Origin: Propionibacteriales bacterium
GTDB lineage: Bacteria > Actinomycetota > Actinomycetes > Propionibacteriales > Nocardioidaceae
Direction: 5' to 3'
NCBI GenBank assembly: GCA_038242765.1
Contig: JBBSRT010000001.1
Coordinates: 1 to 41,938, forward strand
Length of the DNA: 41,938 nucleotides
The notes beneath the pieces were generated by a model. The model was not told where the DNA came from and did not search any database. It saw nothing but the letters and a program-made list of their open reading frames with translations. Each line of letters opens with the position of its first letter. The stretch's first letter is position 1. A program made the translations under genes and the position numbers. Positions 26,765-34,060 of this stretch are shown here, one piece after another.

Positions 26765-27832
26765 TCATGGACGCTTCAACGTCATGGTGGTCCCGTTGCT
26801 ATCACCATCGGGATCACTGTTGGCCGTCGATGCGTACGTCGAGGAGGCCTTCACAACACCGGTCACCGTAAACACCGACGCCCTAGTGGACCGACTGAGG
26901 GAAAAATCCCCCAGCGTGCAGACGCCGTCGGCCGCGGTGACACAAGTTAGTGTCCCAGCGTGGTGGCTAAACGTACCGCTGACCGTTGCGCCAGCGACGG
27001 GCGTCCCGCTCGAGTCGAACACAGTCGCAGTCACCTTCGGCTGCCACCTCTTCCGCGACGAAGCGGCCATGGAGGCACTATCCAGGTCCCCAACGTGATG
27101 GAGCGTCGGGGCTGGTGTCGGAGTTGGTGTTGGTGTCGGCGTCGGTGTCGGCGTTGGTGTCGGTGTCGGCGTCGGCGTCGTTCCACACCCGACTCCGCCT
27201 TGGAAGTAGTTCGGTGCGGTCTCGGCCAGGTTAATCGTGTTGGCTATGTTTGCCGAGCCGAGCGGCTGGCGTGAGCCGGTAGCGTAGAGCATGTCGGCGG
27301 CCGCGTCATAATCAACCAGCGGGTTCACACCGTATCTCGTGAACGACGTGCCGGTGCCGCTCCAAACCGTGCAAACGAACTGGTTACCCTTTTTCATCTC
27401 AAGTGGCGAAAATGTGCGACTGCCGAAGGTGGACTTGATGGTGTCGGGGCTCGAGACGAGACCGCTGACCCGGTAAGAATGGCTACTGCCGTCGGCACCG
27501 TTGAAGTCCACGTAGCCCGACGCATAGTTGAAGGTGCCTGTCGGCGCCGGACAGAACGCATCCGGGTAGTTGGGATAGACGTTGCAGGTGGAGGTGTAGG
27601 TGCCGTCGGCGCTGAGGGTGAGTTGCCCGGTTCCGCCGTGCACAACGGTCCATTGCCCGTCAATGGCGGACTGCGCTTCGGCCGGTTGCGGGGCTGCCAG
27701 CATGGCAAAACCCAAGGCTAGGGCAGAGGCCAGCGCGAGTGCCGCGCCCAGTCGGCCACGCGTCCGTCGGCGTCGTGAACCATCAGGTGGCTGGTAGTCG
27801 AGAAGAGTGCGTGCGGTCCGTGAGTTGTACAT
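26765..27832 (-). CDS. Secreted two-domain protein with (Thr-Pro)n linker; function unknown
   Basis: It has an Arg-rich signal peptide (SRRRRTRGRLGAALALASALALGFAMLAAPQPAEA), an N-domain of about 210 aa with no motif I recognise, and a TPTPTP... linker. The C-terminal beta-rich domain (HVGDLDS...W..KVTATVFDSSGTPVAGATVSG) resembles domains that follow actinobacterial secreted hydrolases. GGAGGG precedes the ATG. Confidence 0.75.
   Translation of the reverse strand: MYNSRTARTLLDYQPPDGSRRRRTRGRLGAALALASALALGFAMLAAPQPAEAQSAIDGQWTVVHGGTGQLTLSADGTYTSTCNVYPNYPDAFCPAPTGTFNYASGYVDFNGADGSSHSYRVSGLVSSPDTIKSTFGSRTFSPLEMKKGNQFVCTVWSGTGTSFTRYGVNPLVDYDAAADMLYATGSRQPLGSANIANTINLAETAPNYFQGGVGCGTTPTPTPTPTPTPTPTPTPTPTPAPTLHHVGDLDSASMAASSRKRWQPKVTATVFDSSGTPVAGATVSGTFSHHAGTLTCVTAADGVCTLGDFSLSRSTRASVFTVTGVVKASSTYASTANSDPDGDSNGTTMTLKRP
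27104..27183 (-). repeat. Imperfect hexanucleotide (ACN CCN)n repeat encoding the TP linker
   Basis: The plus strand reads ...GGTGTCGGCGTCGGTGTCGGCGTTGGTGTCGGTGTCGGCGTCGGCGTCG... Confidence 0.9.
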
Positions 27833-27843
27833 GATGTGCCCTC

Positions 27844-27871
27844 CAGTTCGGTCAGCAGCGATGCCGAACTG
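27844..27871 (-). promoter_or_regulatory. 5'UTR hairpin abutting the Shine-Dalgarno sequence of the secreted-protein gene
   Basis: An 8-bp stem CAGTTCGG/CCGAACTG with a 12-nt loop. Its 3' arm on the minus strand runs directly into GGAGGG. Confidence 0.35.
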
Positions 27872-27886
27872 CCCGGCCGATCGCTA

Positions 27887-27964
27887 CTAAAAACAATTCA
27901 TGTTGTTTTTAGAATCCATCTCGCTGAGGGCATTGTCAATACTTTTTAACGATAGAATCGTTGT
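27887..27964. promoter_or_regulatory. AT-rich promoter/operator module, copy B
   Basis: It has the same blocks at the same offsets as copy A (53/78 identical by hand count, ungapped). The minus strand reads TTGACA-N17-GATTCT upstream of the secreted-protein gene. Confidence 0.5.
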
Positions 27965-27980
27965 CCCAGAGCCTATCGAC

Positions 27981-27994
27981 TTATCACGTGATAA
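27981..27994. promoter_or_regulatory. Perfect 14-bp palindrome TTATCACGTGATAA (candidate operator)
   Basis: An exact inverted repeat with no spacer, 23 nt downstream of the plus-strand TAGAAT of module B. Extra TATC/GATA copies flank it. Confidence 0.35.
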
Positions 27995-28113
27995 CCGAGG
28001 GTGATACATGCCCACGTTGGCGCCGTAGGGCACTCCTAAGTCGCTGGTTCACCACCGCCATACAACTCTGAGGAACCGTGAGCGGTGACCTACGCACCAC
28101 CGGCCGGCCTTTC

Positions 28114-28175
28114 GTGGTGCCTAACTCACCGGCGCGTTGAGCGGGTGGTGCCTAACTCACCGGCGGTTGGGAGGG
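28114..28175. repeat. 31-bp tandem duplication
   Basis: GTGGTGCCTAACTCACCGGCG occurs at 28114-28134 and again at 28145-28165 (21/21 identical). The remaining 10 nt of each unit are related (cgttgagcgg / gttgggaggg). Confidence 0.85.
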
Positions 28176-28304
28176 TTGCATCGACGACCAGCCCATCGAG
28201 GGCATCGTCGGGGACGAGCGACACCTCACCGGCAACGCGGCCGGCTGCTTTCACGTCTTCGGGAGCGCGACGAGCAAGTCGAGATGTTTTGATCAACCAA
28301 ATAG

Positions 28305-28323
28305 ACCCGCCGTGTCGGCGGGT
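28305..28323. terminator. Bidirectional hairpin, probable terminator of the L,D-transpeptidase gene
   Basis: ACCCGCCG-tgt-CGGCGGGT. On the minus strand it is followed by CTATTTGGTTG, 53 nt after the stop at 28377. Confidence 0.55.
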
Positions 28324-28376
28324 GTCTTGAACTTCACGCATTCGCGTTATGGGCTGCTCGCCCATCAGCCAGTGTT

Positions 28377-29042
28377 TCAGGGCACCACTTCGACGGGTGT
28401 GCCCGCGGAGGTGAAATGCCACAGCTTGATCGCATCGCCGCGGGCCTGGCGGATGCACCCCGAGGACAGCGGTTTGCCGAGGTCGCCGGTTGTCTGCACC
28501 AGGTGGCCGCTGTTGTCGATGGGGATGTCATGGAATCCGATCGGTGCATTGCGTCCCGAAGTAAACCGGACAAAATATTGCATCGTGCTCGCATAGTCAT
28601 AAGACGTCGTTCGTCGCGTCTTGAGTTGGACGCGATAGCTACCCGGACGCAGGTTGTCGTGCATGCTGCCCGAGGCGCGATAGGTGCGCGCAATCGAGTC
28701 GTCGGAATTGACGAGCCATACACGACCGTCGGCGATCGAGAAGACAACCCGCTTGCCAACACCTGAACCGGCCGGGACAACTACCGACGGATTAGCCGAG
28801 CCAGCCGAGGAGGCGAGGTCAGCAGCCCGATAGTCGCTCACCGGACCGAGTTGCGTTGCCATCAGAGCAGGGACCCCAACCGCCGCAGCCGTTGCGGGCT
28901 CGGTCGCTGAGTCTGGCAACAATCCAAGTGCAACCGCGGCGATGACGAGCGTCAGCGAGGAAGCAGCCGCGAGAAGGACAGCACGTCCCCGTCGGACTGC
29001 TTTGCGGTGAGTTGGAGACACGCGATCAGCGTACCGGCGCAC
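28377..29042 (-). CDS. L,D-transpeptidase (YkuD) family protein with N-terminal membrane anchor
   Basis: The catalytic region reads GFHDIP...GKPLSSGCIRQ. The GTG at 29042 lies 8 nt after the ParA stop, with an alternative GTG at 29021. The track start at 29150 would overlap ParA by 100 nt. Confidence 0.8.
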   Translation of the reverse strand: MRRYADRVSPTHRKAVRRGRAVLLAAASSLTLVIAAVALGLLPDSATEPATAAAVGVPALMATQLGPVSDYRAADLASSAGSANPSVVVPAGSGVGKRVVFSIADGRVWLVNSDDSIARTYRASGSMHDNLRPGSYRVQLKTRRTTSYDYASTMQYFVRFTSGRNAPIGFHDIPIDNSGHLVQTTGDLGKPLSSGCIRQARGDAIKLWHFTSAGTPVEVVP

Positions 29043-29049
29043 AGAGCCG

Positions 29050-29802
29050 TCAGTTGAGCAGTGACGCGGCAACTTCACGATAAGCCGCCGCCCCCTTGTG
29101 GTTTTTTGAGGTGCCCAGAATCGAACGCCCTTCGGCCGGTGCCTCGGCAAATTTGATCGTCTTGGGAATGGGCGGGCTGATCACGGCGAGCTCGTAGGTT
29201 TCTTCGATGGCGGCCAGGACCGCCTTGCCATGGTTGGTGCGACCGTCATACATGGTGGGAAGAACGCCGACGATTTCGAGTTTGGAGTTGATGAATTGGC
29301 GCACGTCGTGAATCGTGTCAAGCAATTGACCCACGCCCCGATGCGACAGCGTCTCTGCTTGCAGTGGGATCAGCACCTTGTTGGACGCGGACAGTGCGCC
29401 GACGGTCAGAACCCCGAGGGTGGGCGGGCAGTCGATGATAATCCAGTCGTAATCCTGCGCAACGGTGTCCAACGCTACGCGCAGACGTTGTTCGCGTCCG
29501 GTGCGGTTGACGAGGATTTCCTCGGCCTGAGTCAAATTGATGTTGGCTGGCAACAGGTGCATGCCGTCGTCAGTGACGACGATCGCGTCAGCGGCTTTGT
29601 TTTTGCCGAGCAACACCTCCGCGACGGTGATATCGAGATCTTCGGGATTGATGCCAAGCGAAAACGTCAGACATCCTTGCGGATCGAGATCGACCAGGAG
29701 CACCCGCTGCGTCAACTCAACCAGCGCGGCGCCCAGTGAAGCCACCGTCGTCGTTTTGGCTACGCCACCCTTTTGGTTGGCTACGCAGAGCGTCGTGGTC
29801 AT
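29050..29802 (-). CDS. Orphan ParA/Soj-family ATPase (Rv3213c/PldP-like)
   Basis: It carries the deviant Walker A NQKGGVAKTT. There is no adjacent parB. Confidence 0.85.
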   Translation of the reverse strand: MTTTLCVANQKGGVAKTTTVASLGAALVELTQRVLLVDLDPQGCLTFSLGINPEDLDITVAEVLLGKNKAADAIVVTDDGMHLLPANINLTQAEEILVNRTGREQRLRVALDTVAQDYDWIIIDCPPTLGVLTVGALSASNKVLIPLQAETLSHRGVGQLLDTIHDVRQFINSKLEIVGVLPTMYDGRTNHGKAVLAAIEETYELAVISPPIPKTIKFAEAPAEGRSILGTSKNHKGAAAYREVAASLLN

Positions 29803-29897
29803 GAATACATTGTGCCAGTATGCCGTCCACGACGACGGCCGGAGCCGGTGGCACTCCCCCGGCTCGTCATCGAGGTCGGGTTTGGGATGCTTCTGTC

Positions 29898-30656
29898 ATG
29901 ACTAAGCGCGCTTTGATCACCGGAGCTACCGCCGGCATAGGTAATGCCTTCGCCCACGAGTTGGCCGCGCGCGGTTATGACCTCGTGTTGATAGCCCGTG
30001 ACGCTGACCGCCTCGACGAAGTCGCCCGAACCCTGACTGCGAAGCATGAGGTCGGTGTCGATGTTTTTTCGGCTGACCTCTCGAGTACCGAGGGCATGCG
30101 GGCCGTTGCCGGTGCGGTGACCGACAGCGCAAAGCCGATCGACTTGCTCATCAACAATGCCGGCTCATCGCTGGCCGCGTGGTTCGGCACCACCGACATC
30201 GTCGATGAGGAACGCCAACTCGATCTGATGGTCCGCGCTCCCATGGTGCTGACCGATGCGGCAATAAAGTCGATGACCGGTCGCGGCCACGGAAGCATCA
30301 TCAACGTCGCAAGCATGGCCGCTTTCACTCCTCGCGGCACATATTCGGCACATCAGGCGTGGATCGTGAATCTGAGCCAGTGGCTCAACCTGCATTACGC
30401 CGATCGGGGCGTCACTGTCATGGCGTTGTGCCCAGGGTTCGTCCATACCGAGTTCCATAGCCGTATGGGGGCCCGCACCGACAACATTCCGCGTTGGATG
30501 TGGCTCAAACCGCATACGGTTGTCAAGGCCGCCCTCGCCGACATCGAAAGAGGCAAAGCAATCTCGGTGCCGACGACCCGTTACAAGTTGCTGGCTTTCC
30601 TCTCGCGTTACACGCCGGCGACGCTGGTGGCCAAGTTTGCGACGAAGGGCCGGTAA
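29898..30656 (+). CDS. Short-chain dehydrogenase/reductase family protein with atypical YxxxQ
   Basis: It has TGATAGIGNA (TGxxxGxG) and NNAG. The expected YxxxK reads YSAHQ. Confidence 0.75.
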   Translation: MTKRALITGATAGIGNAFAHELAARGYDLVLIARDADRLDEVARTLTAKHEVGVDVFSADLSSTEGMRAVAGAVTDSAKPIDLLINNAGSSLAAWFGTTDIVDEERQLDLMVRAPMVLTDAAIKSMTGRGHGSIINVASMAAFTPRGTYSAHQAWIVNLSQWLNLHYADRGVTVMALCPGFVHTEFHSRMGARTDNIPRWMWLKPHTVVKAALADIERGKAISVPTTRYKLLAFLSRYTPATLVAKFATKGR

Positions 30657-30664
30657 AGCCCGCC

Positions 30665-31498
30665 GTGAGTGTGCCCAAGTCCCTCGACATTCCCACCGGT
30701 GTCGACGTCGTGTCGTTGATGACCAGTCGCGGCGTTTTCGCTGCCCATGAATCAAAACCCTCGGCAGCGGCCCGCGGGCACGTGCTGCTGATACCGGGAT
30801 TCACCGGCAGCAAGGAAGACTTCACCGCGCTGCTGCCGCTGCTCGCAGCAGCCGGTTGGCATGCAACTGCCTATGATCAGCGCGGGCAATACCAAACAAG
30901 CGGAACCGAGGACGATGACTATTCGCTGTCCGGCTTCGCCCTTGATGCCTTGGCGGTGCGAGCTGTTTCTGGAACCGAGCGCAGCCATCTGCTGGGGCAC
31001 TCGTTTGGTGGGCTCGTTGCGCAGTCCGCGTTGGTGATGGACCCGCCGCCGTGGCTGAGTCTGACACTTCTGTGCACGGGACCGGCCGGGTTTACCCGTC
31101 CTGAACAGGTCGAACCATTGCGGTCGGCCATCTCGATGGTCGAATCGATGGGTCTTGATGCCCTCGATACGGTCCGTGAGTCATTGAAGAAACGCCAACC
31201 GACAGTTGAAATCGCTGCTTTCCTGCGTGCCCGCTTCACCTCGAACTCGCCGGAGTCGTTGAAGGCTATCGCCGGTCAGCTCATCAGCAGTGCGGACCGC
31301 ATCGACGAAGTCGCCGCGTTGACCCTGCCCAAACTAGTCGCCCGCGGGGCCGGCGATGATGCGTGGCCCCATGAAGTGCAGGAGCAGATGGCAAGGCGTC
31401 TAGGCGTCGACGTTGCCGTCATACCCAATGCAGAACACTCCCCCGCGGTCGAAAACACCGAGGCCACCGCACGGATGTTGCTCGGCTTCTGGGGCTGA
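30665..31498 (+). CDS. Alpha/beta hydrolase
   Basis: Motifs seen: LLIPGFTGSKEDF and the nucleophile elbow GHSFGG. The GTG lies 9 nt after the SDR stop. Confidence 0.75.
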   Translation: MSVPKSLDIPTGVDVVSLMTSRGVFAAHESKPSAAARGHVLLIPGFTGSKEDFTALLPLLAAAGWHATAYDQRGQYQTSGTEDDDYSLSGFALDALAVRAVSGTERSHLLGHSFGGLVAQSALVMDPPPWLSLTLLCTGPAGFTRPEQVEPLRSAISMVESMGLDALDTVRESLKKRQPTVEIAAFLRARFTSNSPESLKAIAGQLISSADRIDEVAALTLPKLVARGAGDDAWPHEVQEQMARRLGVDVAVIPNAEHSPAVENTEATARMLLGFWG

Positions 31499-31558
31499 GA
31501 CTGCTCATTGCCGCAACGTAACCCATATCGGCTGTCGCGGCGACCGCGTTGAATGACG

Positions 31559-32392
31559 TCAGGAAGGGGCCGGCGACATCAACCGCTCGAATTGCGCCGG
31601 GTCCGTGGTGTTGCAACCCAGATCGAAACCGATCTTGCCGGTGCCGTGATAATCGCTGGATCCGGTGACGATGAGATCCAGGTCGTGGGCGATCCGACGC
31701 AGTTGGTCGCGGGCGGCGTCGTCGTGGTCATTGTGGTCGGCCTCGATGCCGGACAATCCCGCGGCAGCCAACTCGGCGATCTTTGCCGCTGTCAGCACCC
31801 GATGGCTGCCACGCGACCACGGGTGCGCCAGCACGGCGCGGCCGCCGGCTTCGCCCACGAGTCGGACCGCCTGGAACAGGTCGGCAGCATAGCGATCCAC
31901 GTAGGCTGGCCGGCCCGGCATGAGGTATTTGTCGAATGCTTCGTCGCGGTTCGCGACCACGCCGCTTTCGACCAATGCATCGGCAACGTGCGGACGGCCC
32001 GTCGCGGCGGCGTTTTTGGCCCAGCGTTCGACGTCGGCCGTCGAAATGTCGATCCCCAGGTCATGCAAACGCGCCAAGGTTTGCGGCAATCGCGCATTGC
32101 GGCCGTCGATGACCCGGTCGAGTTCTTCGATCAACGGCTTGTATTCCGGGTCGAAGTTGTAGGCCAACAGGTGGATGCTTTTGTCGTCGAGGCGGGTCGA
32201 AATCTCCATGCCTTTGACCAGGGTGAGCGGCAAGTCACCGGCCGCGGCCGCGGCTTCGGCCCACCCTTGCGTCGAGTCGTGGTCGGTCAGGGCGACAACA
32301 TCGAGACCTGCAGCCACAGCATTGCCGATGAGCTCTGCTGGACTGTCGGTCCCATCGGAACGGTTTGAATGGGTATGGAGGTCAATGCGCAC
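31559..32392 (-). CDS. PHP-domain metal-dependent phosphoesterase (TrpH/YciV-like)
   Basis: The N-terminus reads MRIDLHTHSNRSDG, with further His/Asp motifs (LTDHD, AHP, SDYHG). Confidence 0.8.
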   Translation of the reverse strand: MRIDLHTHSNRSDGTDSPAELIGNAVAAGLDVVALTDHDSTQGWAEAAAAAGDLPLTLVKGMEISTRLDDKSIHLLAYNFDPEYKPLIEELDRVIDGRNARLPQTLARLHDLGIDISTADVERWAKNAAATGRPHVADALVESGVVANRDEAFDKYLMPGRPAYVDRYAADLFQAVRLVGEAGGRAVLAHPWSRGSHRVLTAAKIAELAAAGLSGIEADHNDHDDAARDQLRRIAHDLDLIVTGSSDYHGTGKIGFDLGCNTTDPAQFERLMSPAPS

Positions 32393-32411
32393 CCATCCAG
32401 CCTAGCGACGA

Positions 32412-32981
32412 TCAGCTGTTCCAGCGCAACATCACCGGTGTCGAGCGTTCATACCCCAGCATCGAGACGGTGGCCGTTTCAAGCCGGAAGAACCGTCCAT
32501 CGGCCACCGGCAGGCCAAGCCACCGCGCGACGAAGGCTCGAAGCGAGTGGCCGTGCGCGAACAACGCGGTGTCTCCGGCCACATCTCTGCAGCGCTGAAC
32601 AACACGGTCGAGGCGCGCCTCGACCTCGGCTGCGGTCTCACCACCTGGTGAATCGTGGCTCCAAACGGTCCAGCCGGGATCGGATTCACGGATCTGAGAC
32701 GTTGTCAGCCCCTCATAATCGCCGTAGGCCCATTCGGCGAGGTCTTCGTCGAGGACGGGGCTGAAGCCAGCGATCTGGGCGGTTCGCGTTGCCCGCAGGC
32801 GAGGACTCGACAAAACCTGCGCGAAGTCGATGTCCCCGAGTCTGGACTCGAGCACCCGCGCTGCTTCGACGCCGGCAACGGTCAGGTCCAGGTCAGTGAT
32901 CGATGTATGACGTCCGAGGGCGCTCCATTCGGTTTCGCCGTGGCGTATGAGCCAGACGTTGCCCATACCGACCCCGGTCAT
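32412..32981 (-). CDS. Histidine phosphatase family protein (Gpm2/Rv3214-like)
   Basis: It carries LIRHGETEWS (RHG motif) and FAHGHSLRA. The start is ambiguous: TTG at 32987, ATG at 32981 or ATG at 32966. Confidence 0.8.
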   Translation of the reverse strand: MTGVGMGNVWLIRHGETEWSALGRHTSITDLDLTVAGVEAARVLESRLGDIDFAQVLSSPRLRATRTAQIAGFSPVLDEDLAEWAYGDYEGLTTSQIRESDPGWTVWSHDSPGGETAAEVEARLDRVVQRCRDVAGDTALFAHGHSLRAFVARWLGLPVADGRFFRLETATVSMLGYERSTPVMLRWNS

Positions 32982-32983
32982 GC

Positions 32984-33529
32984 TCAAGCCTTTTCAACCC
33001 GCTCGGTTTCATTGGACCAGTTTTTGTCCGGCACCGGTATGGGCCGTCCCGGCTGTTCGCCACCCCGGCTTTCGAGGTAGTTGTTCTTGGGCACCATCAC
33101 TTTGCGACGGAACACGCAGACGATCTTGCCGTCTTGGTTGTAGCCGATCGTTTCGACATGGACCACACCCCTGTCGTCCTTGGATTTGCTTTCCCGCTTG
33201 TCGAGCACCTTCGTCTGGCCGTACAACGTGTCGCCGTGGAAAGTAGGTGCAACATGACGCAACGATTCGACCTCCAGGTTAGCGATCGCCTTGCCCGAAA
33301 CGTCCGCAACGCTCATGCCGAGCAGAAGCGAGTAGACATAATTGCCGACAACGACATTTTTGCCGAATTGTGTCGTCTCGCCGGCATAATTTGCATCGAG
33401 GTGCAGCGGGTGGTGATTCATCGTGATCAGACAAAAGAGGTGGTCATCGTATTCGGTGACAGTCTTGCCGGGCCAGTGCCTGTAGATGGCGCCGACTTCG
33501 AACTCTTCGTAGCTGCGACCGAACTGCAT
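32984..33529 (-). CDS. MaoC-family (hot-dog fold) dehydratase
   Basis: 181 aa from the ATG at 33529, which is preceded by GGAG. It shows the hot-dog pattern ...NHHPLHLD...GDTLYG.... The upstream part of the track ORF is Arg/Gly-rich and non-coding-like. Confidence 0.75.
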   Translation of the reverse strand: MQFGRSYEEFEVGAIYRHWPGKTVTEYDDHLFCLITMNHHPLHLDANYAGETTQFGKNVVVGNYVYSLLLGMSVADVSGKAIANLEVESLRHVAPTFHGDTLYGQTKVLDKRESKSKDDRGVVHVETIGYNQDGKIVCVFRRKVMVPKNNYLESRGGEQPGRPIPVPDKNWSNETERVEKA

Positions 33530-33543
33530 TCCTACTCCTTGGG

Positions 33544-34038
33544 TTAGAGATCGACTTGGCGTCCGGGCATCGAACCCAGAAGCTCCTGTGCCTTGGCCAG
33601 GTGTTTGTGTTCGACGAGTACCTCGTAGCGGGTGGCCACGACCTGCGTCACGGAGGTGAAGTCGCGGCGACCGCCGGTCATCGCATAGCCGATGATTCCC
33701 CATACCAACCCGAAAAGAAGGCCGATGCCGACCGCGGAGACGACGGTCGCAAACCAGCTGCCTTCGGCGGCGAAGAGCCCAAGCAGTAAGCCGATGAACA
33801 GGCCCAGCCAGACGCCTGACAGGGCTCCGGCCAGTGCAGCTTTGCCGTAGGTGAGTCGCCCCATGACACGTTCGATCTGCTTGAGATCGGTGCCCACGAT
33901 CATGCAGTTCTGCACGGGGAACTCTTGGTCCGAGAGATAATCGACAGCCTTTTGCGCATCTCCATAGTCGCTATAGGTGCCAAGCGATTGCGGATACTCC
34001 AACCGCATTGGACTTTTCAAAGGATGGGTGTTCGCCAT
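33544..34038 (-). CDS. Small membrane protein (general-stress-protein-like, glycine-zipper TM pair)
   Basis: It has an N-terminal soluble segment (YGDAQKAVDYLSDQEFPV) followed by two Gly/Leu-rich TM helices. Confidence 0.6.
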   Translation of the reverse strand: MANTHPLKSPMRLEYPQSLGTYSDYGDAQKAVDYLSDQEFPVQNCMIVGTDLKQIERVMGRLTYGKAALAGALSGVWLGLFIGLLLGLFAAEGSWFATVVSAVGIGLLFGLVWGIIGYAMTGGRRDFTSVTQVVATRYEVLVEHKHLAKAQELLGSMPGRQVDL

Positions 34039-34060
34039 GGTTACTCCAGACGTGGTCGGG

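Noticed and set aside
28114-28165. Similarity of the repeated GGTGAGTTAGGCACC to the IdeR iron box.
   Set aside because: Only one half-site-like heptamer (GTTAGGC) matches. The palindromic partner is absent.
27104-28175. Possibility that the short repeats (TP-linker hexanucleotide repeat, 31-bp duplication) form a CRISPR array.
   Set aside because: The first is an in-frame coding repeat. The second has only two units with a 10-nt remainder between the exact 21-mers. There are no cas genes and no repeat-spacer periodicity.
28085-28458. ORFs 28085-28330 (+, 81 aa) and 28126-28458 (-, 110 aa) in the large spacer.
   Set aside because: Hand-counted GC3 of the plus-strand ORF is only about 63%, against about 75% in a neighbouring real gene. 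The minus-strand ORF starts inside the transpeptidase gene and contains the terminator hairpin. I recognised no motifs. They are kept only as part of the spacer finding.
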